Positions 8,384 through 17,584 of a DNA stretch of 64,000 nt are shown one piece after another (position 1 is the stretch's first letter; each line of letters opens with the position of its first letter). This DNA is from an uncultured delta proteobacterium (GTDB lineage: Bacteria; Desulfobacterota; BSN033; UBA1163), in the NCBI GenBank assembly GCA_963708295.1, contig CAVPSJ010000017.1, positions 320,001-384,000 of the forward strand. The letters are read 5' to 3'. The position numbers were made by a program, and so were the translations under genes. Under the pieces are notes generated by a model. It saw only the letters and a list, made by a program, of their open reading frames with translations, was not told where the DNA came from and made no database searches.

Positions 8384-10750
8384 TTACGCTTTATACACCT
8401 TCACCCGTGTGTTAAAGAAAGCGGCCTGCCCGCTCAGGGTGTCGTAGTCGACCCCGAGAATGTCATTGGGATTGACCCCGATCCCTTTTTGCCACTTCCC
8501 ATAGGAGCTATGTCCCTGCCCCGAGGGAATCGCAACCACCTCCGGATGAACCCCTTCCGAGAGTTTGACTTTCGCCTTGATTTTCTGAAACGGCGACTCC
8601 ACCCATACCCACTGGCCATCCCGAAGTTTCAGGGAGGCTGCGGTCTCGCTGTTGATCTTGACCAGGGTCTCCCAGCCCACCCCATCCATGGGCAAGAAGA
8701 TCTCCTGCGCCCAGGGATAGTTCTGACTCCCATTCTCCACGACCATCAAGGGTTGGTAGGGGAGAAGGACCAGAGGGTATTTGTCTTTTTCCCCTAAGAA
8801 TTTCGGCTCCCCGGAGTGAGGCAGATAGTCCAACTCCCCCTCTTTGCCCATCTTTGTCCGGGCAAGCAGTTGCTTCAGGTTTCCCGAGGAGAATTCAAAT
8901 TTCCTCGAAGGCGTCTGAAAGATCCGAGGATATTTATGGTATTCGTAGTCTTTTCCTACCCAGACTCCCCTCTCAAGAAATTCTTTCCAGGGAATCAGCG
9001 CCTCCATCCGAAACTTAACGAATCCTTCCGCAGTATCCCCTATGTTAGTAAAGGATTGGGCGATACTTCCGTTCATTCCCTTTGCTACCTGAAAGAGGAT
9101 GTCCACGACAGACCTTGCGCTGCCATGAGGCTTAACCACGGGCTGTTTTATCTTCACCTCTGCAAAACCCGACCCTGAAGGCGAGTGATCGTAACCCCAT
9201 TCTTCCAGGTAGGTCGTGCAAGGCAAGATCAGGTCAGCATAGAGCGCCATCTCGCTGACAAAGGGAGAGATATGAACATAGTAAGGAAGTTTCTTCAATG
9301 CCTTATCCCATCGGTCCGTCCCGGGGGCTGACAGATTGAAGTTGCTGTTGAACCCGATGGCCATCTCAATAGGATAGGGAGTATTTTGTAGGATGGATTC
9401 CGGAATCTGATTGGTCACAACTTTTGCCCCAGGGAATTTGTCCGTCCCCCGAAGATCGATGATAGGCTTGGCCTTGCCTTTTTTCGCGATCTCATCTTCT
9501 GTGAGTCGCGGCAGGTCATTGTAGTTGACATTTTCCTGATAAAGGACCCCTCCCGGAACATCGATGCTCCCCACCAAAGCGTTCAAACAGTATATCGCGT
9601 AGCTCGCAAAAGACCCTTCAGGCCGGTTGATCGATTCCTGACCCCGGATGGCAAGGGCCGGCCGCGTCCGGGCAAATTCTCTCGCAATCCGGCGGATGCT
9701 CTCAGCTGAGATCCCCGTGACCTTCGACACATCCTCCGGGCTGTATTGACCCAGCGCCAGTTTCTTATAGGCTTCAAACCCCACGGTCCAGTCTCTCACG
9801 AAGGTTTTGTCAATAAGCTCTTCGCTCAGGATCACATGAGCCATCCCCATCGCCAATGCCCCGTCCGTACCCGGGTTGATGGGCAGCCACTCATCCCCTC
9901 TGGCTGCCGTCAGGGAGTACCTCGGATTGATGACGACGATCTTCGTGCGATTGGGCTTTTCCCGCCTGATTTTTCCCCATTTCCTCAAGTATCGAGACAA
10001 GGGCCTGGACGACTCCAGAAGGTCAGCCCCAAAGGCCAAGATGTAGTTGGTCTGATCCAGATCATAGGCCGTAGCGCTGTAGTGACCATCCGCCATCCAG
10101 TTGCCCGATTTCTCCGCCTCACCCTCGAGCCCTTCCCCCGAGATCAAATTGGGCGTCCCGAATGCTTCCCCAAACCGAATCATCATGTCCTGGCTGCTGA
10201 TGCTGTTGAGCCCGTAAAAGAGAAGAAGTTTGTTCGGCTCCCCCCCCTCTCGAAGTTTCTTTAACCGACCCGTGATCTCACCCAAGGCCTCCTCCCAACC
10301 CATAGGAACCCACTTCGGATCAACCCCCTTTCCTTTCTCCGGGTTGGTCCTTTTTAAGGGTGTGCCGATCCGCCCCGGATCGTAAAGCACCTGAAGCCCA
10401 ATGTGCCCCCGAGGACAGATCTTCCCGTCAGAGACTTTGGAAAGCCGATTCCCGCTGATCCGGACCGCCTTCCCATTGACCACCCTGACCCGGATCCCGC
10501 AACGGGCCTGGCAGTTTAAACAAGAAGAAACAACCCATTTTTCTTTGACAACGCCCGGGCTCTTTGAGACCAGGGGCTCGGCGGAATGGGTCTCCAATGG
10601 ACCCAGGACCTTCCCCGCTCCCACGGCTGCACCGCCCAAAGCCGATATCTTCAGAAATGTCCTCCTATCGATGGTCAACTTTTTTTGCTCCTTCTGTCCC
10701 GCTCCCAACCGACCGCTCTTTTTCATCGCCTCTACCCCGATTTGTTCCAA
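8384..10750 (-). CDS. Tat-exported DMSO-reductase-family molybdopterin oxidoreductase subunit, Arr/Arx/Psr clade (start may be the ATG at 10726)
   Basis: Tat motif DRRTFLK; FS0 motif CLNCQARC...GKICPRG; LYDPGRIGTPLKRTNPEKGKGVDPKWVP; ADLILPCTTYLE; GQGH near the C-terminus. Confidence 0.9.
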   Translation of the reverse strand: MEQIGVEAMKKSGRLGAGQKEQKKLTIDRRTFLKISALGGAAVGAGKVLGPLETHSAEPLVSKSPGVVKEKWVVSSCLNCQARCGIRVRVVNGKAVRISGNRLSKVSDGKICPRGHIGLQVLYDPGRIGTPLKRTNPEKGKGVDPKWVPMGWEEALGEITGRLKKLREGGEPNKLLLFYGLNSISSQDMMIRFGEAFGTPNLISGEGLEGEAEKSGNWMADGHYSATAYDLDQTNYILAFGADLLESSRPLSRYLRKWGKIRREKPNRTKIVVINPRYSLTAARGDEWLPINPGTDGALAMGMAHVILSEELIDKTFVRDWTVGFEAYKKLALGQYSPEDVSKVTGISAESIRRIAREFARTRPALAIRGQESINRPEGSFASYAIYCLNALVGSIDVPGGVLYQENVNYNDLPRLTEDEIAKKGKAKPIIDLRGTDKFPGAKVVTNQIPESILQNTPYPIEMAIGFNSNFNLSAPGTDRWDKALKKLPYYVHISPFVSEMALYADLILPCTTYLEEWGYDHSPSGSGFAEVKIKQPVVKPHGSARSVVDILFQVAKGMNGSIAQSFTNIGDTAEGFVKFRMEALIPWKEFLERGVWVGKDYEYHKYPRIFQTPSRKFEFSSGNLKQLLARTKMGKEGELDYLPHSGEPKFLGEKDKYPLVLLPYQPLMVVENGSQNYPWAQEIFLPMDGVGWETLVKINSETAASLKLRDGQWVWVESPFQKIKAKVKLSEGVHPEVVAIPSGQGHSSYGKWQKGIGVNPNDILGVDYDTLSGQAAFFNTRVKVYKA

Positions 10751-10780
10751 AAACCAACTCGCATCCCACTCAAAAAAGGT

Positions 10781-10831
10781 TTGCGCTTTATTTCACGAGT
10801 TGACTATATGAAAGGGGAAATAGTTTGTCAA
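10781..10831 (-). promoter_or_regulatory. Sigma70 promoter with a Rex-like operator just downstream
   Basis: TTGACA (10831-10826), 17-nt spacer, TATAGT (10808-10803); TTGCGCTTTATTTCACGA at 10781-10798 resembles the Rex box TTGTGAAN4TTCACAA. Confidence 0.6.
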
Positions 10832-10992
10832 GGAAAATCGACCGCAGAATTGCCTCAAATTAGATGTTACGGGTGTCCACCTCTACGAACTCGACCGATT
10901 GACTCCTGATCTGTTAACCGAAATATGTTATTCTAAGCAATGCTCTTTTTCTCCTTTGCAGTTTTGAAGGGAAAAGGATAGGAGATCGATTA

Positions 10993-11604
10993 GTGAACTT
11001 TCTTGCCCACCTGTTTCTCTCCGGCGACGCTTCGGAACTCCTCGTTGGAAATCTCATGGGTGATTTTGTCAAAGGGAGGCTGGACGGGCGTTTCCCGCCT
11101 GGCATTGAACGGGGGATTTTACTGCACCGAGAAATTGATTCCTTCACAGGCCAGAACCGGCACTTTCTTCTCAGCAAGCGGCGGCTCGATAAATCCTTCG
11201 GCCTTTACCGGGGAGTGTTGGTCGATCTTTTCTATGACCACTTTCTTGCAGCACACTGGGAGGATTATGCGGACGTGCCTCTCTCTCTCTTTATATCAGA
11301 CGCCTGGCGGGTTCTTTGCGAGCACAAGGAATTTCTCCCGGATAGACTGCAGCGCATCATGCCGTTTATGTTCAGGGATTGGCTGCCGTCGTATGGCGAC
11401 ATTGGGGGTATAGCTACAGTCCTGCACAGGATATCTTGTTTCAGGCTTAAAAGAGCAAACCGTCTCGGGGAAGGGGCCGAAGCATTGAGCAGGCATTACG
11501 CGGAACTTTACAGGGACTTCCGGGAGTTTTTTCCTGAATTGCTTGCCTTCTCAGAGGTTCGGAACACGCCCCCCACAAATTCTAGCTCCCTTACCCCTGC
11601 ATGA
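10993..11604 (+). CDS. acpH: Acyl carrier protein phosphodiesterase
   Basis: MNFLAHLFLS, GNLMGDFVKG, LHREIDSFT, DLFYDHFLA. Confidence 0.9.
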   Translation: MNFLAHLFLSGDASELLVGNLMGDFVKGRLDGRFPPGIERGILLHREIDSFTGQNRHFLLSKRRLDKSFGLYRGVLVDLFYDHFLAAHWEDYADVPLSLFISDAWRVLCEHKEFLPDRLQRIMPFMFRDWLPSYGDIGGIATVLHRISCFRLKRANRLGEGAEALSRHYAELYRDFREFFPELLAFSEVRNTPPTNSSSLTPA

Positions 11605-11945
11605 CGAACAATCCCAGGAGTATGATGGGCCTTATTAAAGAAAACCGGCAGCGAGAACTTCCACTTTCATCAAGAACCTGTAAGTCAGCGGACGTCCTGA
11701 GAACTCGTCCTATACGATTGCGTCGTACGTTGCTCGGCTGTTTTAGACCTCCCGATTCGAAATCCTTATCGTTGAGAGGAACTGCATAACTGTCTCAAAC
11801 ATATGGACTGGTTATTTGGCAGAGAATGAGAGAATATCATACCGGTCGGAGCGCAATCTCGGACACCGAAATTGCGATATTGCAAGCCTGCCCGGAAAGC
11901 TTTATCCTTAAAAAGAGATCCTTGGGTGTTCCTCTTTCCTATGCG

Positions 11946-12692
11946 ATGACAACGGACCCTTTTTCCATTTCAATCCTCTCGGCGGGCAGAGGCTGGCTCG
12001 TGGTTGAGAAGCCCTCCGGGCTGAGCATCCAGGAGAAGCAGGGGCAGGGCCTTTGTTCCGTCCTTCAGTCTCGGATCAATACCGACCCGGACCTCAGGAA
12101 CAAGATCGACTGTGATCCCGGGTTCGGGATTCTTCCCGTCCACCGCCTTGACCGGGAGACGAGCGGCGTTATCCTCCTAGCCTGCCAGCCCGCGACCTTC
12201 AGCTACCTCGCCATGCAATTCGAACACCACAAGGTCCGGAAGCGCTATATCGCCCTCCTCCACGGAGACCTCCCCGAGCCTGCCGGGGAAGATGGCTGGG
12301 GGCTCTGGACTTGGCCCCTGTCTAAGGAGGCGGGGGGCCGGTTACATCCAGAGGGCCGCCCCGGGGCGGTCCCGTCCGAGACCCGCTTCCGGGTCCTTCG
12401 GAGAAACGCCCATTACACCCTCATTGAGTGCGACCTTTTGACCGGCCGCAAGCATCAGATCCGGCGTCACGCCCGGCTTGCGGGTCATGCCGTGGTGGGC
12501 GATACGCGGTACGGCACATCCCGGTCCCTCAAGTTCCTACGCGAGGAGATGGGTTTTATCCGACTCGCCCTCCATTCCTTATCCCTTCAGGTCCAGTTAC
12601 CCGGAGCGGCGGCACCCCAAGTGTTCCAATCCCCGGCCATTCCCCCGGAGATTCTCCGTCTTCTGGGGCAAGACCAGGAATCTGAAACCTGA
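11946..12692 (+). CDS. RluA-family RNA pseudouridine synthase (copy 1, intact)
   Basis: VVEKPSGL, HRLDRETSG catalytic motif, TGRKHQIRRH, VVGDTRYG, LALHS. Confidence 0.9.
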   Translation: MTTDPFSISILSAGRGWLVVEKPSGLSIQEKQGQGLCSVLQSRINTDPDLRNKIDCDPGFGILPVHRLDRETSGVILLACQPATFSYLAMQFEHHKVRKRYIALLHGDLPEPAGEDGWGLWTWPLSKEAGGRLHPEGRPGAVPSETRFRVLRRNAHYTLIECDLLTGRKHQIRRHARLAGHAVVGDTRYGTSRSLKFLREEMGFIRLALHSLSLQVQLPGAAAPQVFQSPAIPPEILRLLGQDQESET

Positions 12693-12816
12693 CTTAGTCC
12701 GACCCCCGGTGCCCTCAGACCGCCTTGGCGTATTTATGATTTTTGGACGTTATATGATCCCTCTCAATACAAAAAAAAGGGTTAAGCGGAATCGCCTAAC
12801 CCCTGGATGATTAAAG

Positions 12817-12861
12817 TGCCGGGTCGCGGAATCGAACCACGCACACGAGGATTGTCAGTCC
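12817..12861 (-). repeat. att-like duplicated 3' portion of tRNA-Phe
   Basis: 45 nt matching 18904-18948 with 2 mismatches; the duplicated terminator lies at ~12771-12804. Confidence 0.9.
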
Positions 12862-12897
12862 AGCCAGCACAAATTGTGCCAGCACGAAAGTTAGTAC

Positions 12898-15324
12898 TTA
12901 AAGGTCATTCTGCATTGAATAGCCGATGGCTTCATAGCCCTTAACTCGTTTCTTGTACATCCGCATCAGCGTCGGGACGTGGATGTCGACGTAATCGTAA
13001 ACCTGCACCACCCGTTTGTTATCGTGAAGCCGGTGAAGGCGTCCCACGTACTGTTGGAGAGTACCGCGCCAGGAAATGGGCATGGCCAAAAAGAGGGTGT
13101 CCAGTCTGGCATCATCAAACCCCTCTCCAATATACCGTCCTGTGGACAGGATCACTCGTTCCTTTGAATCTGGCACGGCTTTAATTTGATCAGCCATCGC
13201 CTTGCGTTGTTTACTGCCCATCCCGCCCTTAAGAACGATGATATTCTGGGCGACACCCTTAAGTTGTTCGGCGAATTGCTCTAAGTGCTCAACCCGTTCC
13301 GTTAGAAGGAGGGGGGAACGTCCCATTTCTAAAGCTTTCAGCAGATCATTGAAGATCAATTCATTGCGATCCTTGTCAAGTACAAGGGCGGCATAGATAT
13401 CCTGGATTTTCACATCGGCTGATTCCGGGGCCATTCTAAAATTCGTGTGCCTTGTTATGACCACATGCTCGAATGGTCGCGCGGCTGCCTGCTTCTTCGC
13501 ACTTTCCCTGAAACGGATGGGACCACACTGCATTAAGATAATAGGGTGATGGCCATCCTTTCGGATCGGAGTTGCAGTGAGGCCCACAATGTACTTAGCT
13601 TTTACCTGTTTTAGAACCTGTTCAAAGGTAAAGGCAGGGATGTGGTGGCATTCGTCAACAATGATTTGACCATATTCGGCCACCATGTCTTTGACCTCCC
13701 CCTTGCGATTGAGGCTCTGGATGAGGCCTATGTCGATAGAACCGGTAACCTTCTTCTTGCCGCCACTCACCTGACCAATCTCTTCCAACGGCATCCCAAG
13801 GAATAAAGCCAATCGTTCGCGCCACTGGTCCATCAGTTGCCTGCGGTGGACCAACACCAGCGTATTGACTTTTCTATTTGCGATAAGCCATGCCGCTATC
13901 ACGGTCTTACCAAAAGCGGTTGGGGCGGACAGGATACCGTAGCCGTGAGTAAATAATTGCTGAGCAGCTTCCTGTTGCAGGGGCCGAAGTTCCCCCTTAA
14001 AAGTGACGTTGATTGAAGTGCCCCCGAAACGCTCGTCAGCCAGCTCTGGTTTGATATTGTGTGTTTTGATCAGCTCAAGTGCATCATCGAGGCAACCCCG
14101 TGGAAGGCCAATATAGGACGGGAAATCTTCCGCACAACCGATGATCCGGGGTTTGCCGAAAGTCGACAAGCGCATGGCCTGAGCCTTATAGAAGTCCGGG
14201 TTCTGAAAGGCAGCCAGCCGAATCAGACGGTTTAACATGGCAGGAGGCAACCCGTTCTTTTCAATATAGATCAGGTTGCCTTGGACTATTCGGACAGTCT
14301 CGGGGAACGGTCCTTGAATGGGTTTCTCCTTTTTCTTCTTTGAAGGCGGCAAAGTCCAGGGATCCTCCTCGATCCCATCATCGGCCAGGCTGATCCGGAC
14401 GCCAAGGATGGTTCCGTTTCGGGAAGCCTCCTGGACAATGGTTTCCACTTTCTCCAACTGGATTCTTTCAATTGCTGATAGAAATATCCACTGGTCGGGA
14501 TAGGGTTCGAACGCCTCATTCACGAAGACGCTATTGCCCTTCTCTGCGGGAACTCGTTGTAAAGGAAGAGCGATGAGATTCCCAAACCCACCCTTTGGCA
14601 TCGTATCCTGACTTGGAAAGAAACGATCATAAGAATCCAGACCGATTTGATGGCGTCGTTCCATTGAACGTGTCAAGATGGCACAACCAAATTTCCGAGC
14701 CAGGGAAGCCGAGACCGGGCGGTCAAAGAACATCCAGACATGCCCTCCCTTCCCTGATCTCGAACGTTCCAGTGCTGCGGAAACCCCTATCTCACCACAG
14801 GTTCTAAGAAAAACAGCCACATCCTCTTGCCAGGATTTCTTATCGAAATCGACAGCCAAAAACCAGCAGGTTTCATCCGGCAAGAGCGGGTAAACCCCGA
14901 CCGTGTGTTTTCCAAGCAGATGGCCACGAATCACTTCATCGGTGACCGGCTTGAGATCTCGATTTTCACAGTCGGAACATTTCACCATGGGTTTGCGACA
15001 AAAGGGACGGTTCCATTCGTTTGCACAAGCAGGTGAGTAGCCGGAATTTCCTTTTCTCCCTTCCCATCTGACTGGATAAGCGTCTTCACGCCCACGGAAC
15101 AGGGAACGAAAAAGAGCAATCTGGGTTTCTATTGGAGAGTCATTGGTAACTTGATTTGCAGAGGTATATGGCGTGGATGGTTCTGATACAATTGGTTTGG
15201 GTGTTGGCGTACGATCTTCAGGATGTAAACCGAGTAGCTTCTTTAGCCGTTCATTTTCCTCCCTCAAAGAAGCACATTCTTTCAATGCTTCTTGGAGTTG
15301 GTCTTTCAAGGTCTTCGGGATCAA
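12898..15324 (-). CDS. AEP-primase-like (TOTE-type) domain fused to an SF2 DEAD/DEAH (ResIII-like) helicase
   Basis: N-terminal LFRGREDAY, GVYPLLPDETCWFLAVDFD and ERSRSGKGGHVW; helicase motifs APTAFGKT, DECHH, LTATP, EGFDD and QYVGRLHR. Confidence 0.8.
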   Translation of the reverse strand: MIPKTLKDQLQEALKECASLREENERLKKLLGLHPEDRTPTPKPIVSEPSTPYTSANQVTNDSPIETQIALFRSLFRGREDAYPVRWEGRKGNSGYSPACANEWNRPFCRKPMVKCSDCENRDLKPVTDEVIRGHLLGKHTVGVYPLLPDETCWFLAVDFDKKSWQEDVAVFLRTCGEIGVSAALERSRSGKGGHVWMFFDRPVSASLARKFGCAILTRSMERRHQIGLDSYDRFFPSQDTMPKGGFGNLIALPLQRVPAEKGNSVFVNEAFEPYPDQWIFLSAIERIQLEKVETIVQEASRNGTILGVRISLADDGIEEDPWTLPPSKKKKEKPIQGPFPETVRIVQGNLIYIEKNGLPPAMLNRLIRLAAFQNPDFYKAQAMRLSTFGKPRIIGCAEDFPSYIGLPRGCLDDALELIKTHNIKPELADERFGGTSINVTFKGELRPLQQEAAQQLFTHGYGILSAPTAFGKTVIAAWLIANRKVNTLVLVHRRQLMDQWRERLALFLGMPLEEIGQVSGGKKKVTGSIDIGLIQSLNRKGEVKDMVAEYGQIIVDECHHIPAFTFEQVLKQVKAKYIVGLTATPIRKDGHHPIILMQCGPIRFRESAKKQAAARPFEHVVITRHTNFRMAPESADVKIQDIYAALVLDKDRNELIFNDLLKALEMGRSPLLLTERVEHLEQFAEQLKGVAQNIIVLKGGMGSKQRKAMADQIKAVPDSKERVILSTGRYIGEGFDDARLDTLFLAMPISWRGTLQQYVGRLHRLHDNKRVVQVYDYVDIHVPTLMRMYKKRVKGYEAIGYSMQNDL

Positions 15325-15371
15325 TCATAGCCGTCCACATCACCCTTCATAAGTTTTGCCACGCTTCGTCC

Positions 15372-15719
15372 TCATCTCCATCGAGCCCATCGCCGGTAGG
15401 CATCGATCCATTCCGCCCCTTTCGGTTTTGGCTCCGGAAGCGGTAAGTCGATGACAGGGACCCTCAGCCTTTCGCGACCGCGCCGACAGACCGCCACGAT
15501 CTCACCAGCTTTGTTCAAATCGACTCGCTCCACCGTAACCTCTACCCCAAGCAGTTTCGTTGCGAACGGGACCGCCAGGTTTTCTTCCAGCATTGTGAAG
15601 ATGCCAGTGACCTCCTCGGACTCGTTGTAGCAGTCCACCGTGGCTTCCTCAATCAACTTGTCAAGATGGGCCGTGCTGGATCGATGCAGCGCTTTTTCTG
15701 GAACCACCTTGTTTCGCAT
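15372..15719 (-). CDS. Small conserved protein (so-called 'calcium-binding' family)
   Basis: LIEEATVDCYNESE...ENLAVPF...GAEWIDAYRRW pattern. Confidence 0.6.
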   Translation of the reverse strand: MRNKVVPEKALHRSSTAHLDKLIEEATVDCYNESEEVTGIFTMLEENLAVPFATKLLGVEVTVERVDLNKAGEIVAVCRRGRERLRVPVIDLPLPEPKPKGAEWIDAYRRWARWR

Positions 15720-15976
15720 TCTTCGGAACCTTTGGCATATTACCCCCTACCCCACCCCCATGAGTCGTCATACCGGGTCTTCCTGTCCATGTCTCCTTCG
15801 GTCATAGATTCTCTCTGCCCCGCATACACCCATGTCCCGAAAAATTTTTGGGGTGTTCATAAGGGACTCCTCCCCAAAATTTTTTGGGGTTCCCCGGCTA
15901 TTATCCGGTCCATGGTCCTGGGGCCTTCCACGGTGCCTTATCAATCCGTGTATGGCAGGGTTACTCCCCTCTTCGA

Positions 15977-16330
15977 TCATCCTTTGTTTAGTTCTTTCAT
16001 CAAGGCAGCAACTTCCTCTCGGAGGGAAGGCAGGTTGGCTTCAAGAATCCCCCAAACGACATCGTCGGCAACCGAAGAATAGCCATGGATAAGACGATTG
16101 CGGAAGGCAATGATTCGCCCTGCATCGCTTATTCTGGAACGTAGACTCGGATCAAGGCGGAGCAGTTGGGCAAGCGCCTCTCCAATGATCTCAAATTGAC
16201 GTTCGACAGCAGAGCGGAGCATGGGGTCGGCAGAATAATCCGAGAAGGTTCTTCCGGCGGTGAATCGGATCAGTAATTCACAGGCCTCGTTAATGTCGAA
16301 AAGATATTTCTGGATCTCAAGCTGCTTCAT
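15977..16330 (-). CDS. HepT-like HEPN (DUF86) RNase toxin
   Basis: AVERQFEIIGEA and RNRLIHGY (RX4HXY); ATG overlaps the end of the MNT gene. Confidence 0.9.
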   Translation of the reverse strand: MKQLEIQKYLFDINEACELLIRFTAGRTFSDYSADPMLRSAVERQFEIIGEALAQLLRLDPSLRSRISDAGRIIAFRNRLIHGYSSVADDVVWGILEANLPSLREEVAALMKELNKG

Positions 16331-16628
16331 AAAGGACTTCTTCAGTTTCTGCAACCGCTTGTCTGAAAAACGGATTGCGAATGGGTGCCAATTCTACGAG
16401 ATCGACGGGTACCTGAAAGAGCTTCTGAAGATCTTCCATGAGGCCGAAGTAGTTGTCAGCATGTTGGACAGGGGACATCGGCTTGAATTCAACAATGAGA
16501 TCAAGATCGCTTGACGAACGATCAAATGAATCAGTCGCCGCTGATCCGAATAAGGCAAGACGACGAACTCCACGATTTTTGCACAGGTCCACCATATCTT
16601 TGAGCTTCTCTTGGACAACTCGGTTCAT
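16317..16628 (-). CDS. MntA-like minimal nucleotidyltransferase antitoxin
   Basis: LFGSAATDSFDRSSSDLD motif and PVDLV; overlaps the HEPN gene. Confidence 0.9.
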   Translation of the reverse strand: MNRVVQEKLKDMVDLCKNRGVRRLALFGSAATDSFDRSSSDLDLIVEFKPMSPVQHADNYFGLMEDLQKLFQVPVDLVELAPIRNPFFRQAVAETEEVLYEAA

Positions 16629-16803
16629 CTGAACTCCCGCCCTCGAAATCGGATTTGGCAGAAGGATTAATTACCAGTTCAATTATAGGAAAGAGAAAGC
16701 ACTCAAAACAACAAGAAATATTTCTCGGAGCATCTTCGTTGGCCGCCTGTTTCCCAGCCTTCAATACGATCGCGAATAATCGGCCATGTTCGGGATCGTT
16801 TTG

Positions 16804-17412
16804 TCACAGCAGCGCCTCAAGATACGGACGTATCACTTTTTCAACCCTGCACACTCGCGCGAATTGCATGAGCTCTTCAGATTTAAAGCGCTTCTTTTCA
16901 CGGTAGAGCTTAAGTGCCTCAATGGCCGTATCGAGGCCGATCTTATTTCGATACTTGAAGCAATCGGCGATTGTTTTCTCTGGACTATAGATGCGAACTG
17001 GAACACCGTCTATTTTGTGTGTTTGGATTCCATGGGTGAAGGCTTGCCCTGAAAACCAGAAGATTCGAATGGGAGGATGAGTAAGCCTGGGAGCTTCTGT
17101 TCCTCGCTCCAGTGCTACATAAACCTCGTGAGGGACTTGAGTGGTGATTTCATGGTATGCCAGAGCAGAAATGAGACAAATTACACCATTCGGTATCTTC
17201 AGGGAGACTGATACCAGGTCGGGATTACCGAGTGGTGGCAGATCCGCAAGCCGATAGAGACCCCGGCCAAGTTTTTCTATAACACCAGCTTCCAGCATGG
17301 TGTAAAGCATTCTGCGGTGAATGTTGGCTTTGAGGGCTTCACTCATTCGCAGCACGCCCCCATGATGCCGAAAAACTTTTTCTGCCTTTTCGAACTGTCC
17401 CTGGTTCACCAT
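16804..17412 (-). CDS. Type IV TA antitoxin AbiEi-family transcriptional regulator
   Basis: N-terminal wHTH (GRGLYRL), GVICLISALAYHEITTQVP, YSPEKTIADCFKYRNKIGLD. Confidence 0.85.
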   Translation of the reverse strand: MVNQGQFEKAEKVFRHHGGVLRMSEALKANIHRRMLYTMLEAGVIEKLGRGLYRLADLPPLGNPDLVSVSLKIPNGVICLISALAYHEITTQVPHEVYVALERGTEAPRLTHPPIRIFWFSGQAFTHGIQTHKIDGVPVRIYSPEKTIADCFKYRNKIGLDTAIEALKLYREKKRFKSEELMQFARVCRVEKVIRPYLEALL

Positions 17413-17432
17413 GCTGACCTGACTCCTGAATT

Positions 17433-17497
17433 GATACAAAACACTTACACTTATTGATATTTGCAGGTATTATGTCTCTAACCTGGAAAATTGTCAA
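17433..17497 (-). promoter_or_regulatory. abiEi promoter with an overlapping imperfect inverted repeat (likely autoregulatory)
   Basis: TTGACA-17-CATAAT (17497-17469); arms GATACAAAACACTTACA and TGCAGGTATTATGTCTC match 12/17. Confidence 0.55.
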
Positions 17498-17584
17498 TCA
17501 AAAACGACACCCTGTGGTTTACAAAAATGGTTATTTCTTGCCTTTGGGTAATGAAATTCCGATATTTTTAAACTTCACGAGGAA

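Noticed and set aside
8384-10750. Calling the molybdoenzyme arrA, arxA or qrcB, or a selenoprotein
   Set aside because: The diagnostic Arr/Arx active-site motifs are absent, there is no adjacent QrcA cytochrome, and the ligand-position codon is GAG rather than TGA.
11605-11825. Possible PIN/VapC remnant (YD.SYVA-like fragments across frames)
   Set aside because: It needs several frameshifts to read and is too weak without a profile search.
12817-12861. Second tRNA-Phe gene
   Set aside because: The 5' acceptor strand and D-arm are missing and the anticodon loop is mutated; it is an att-like fragment.
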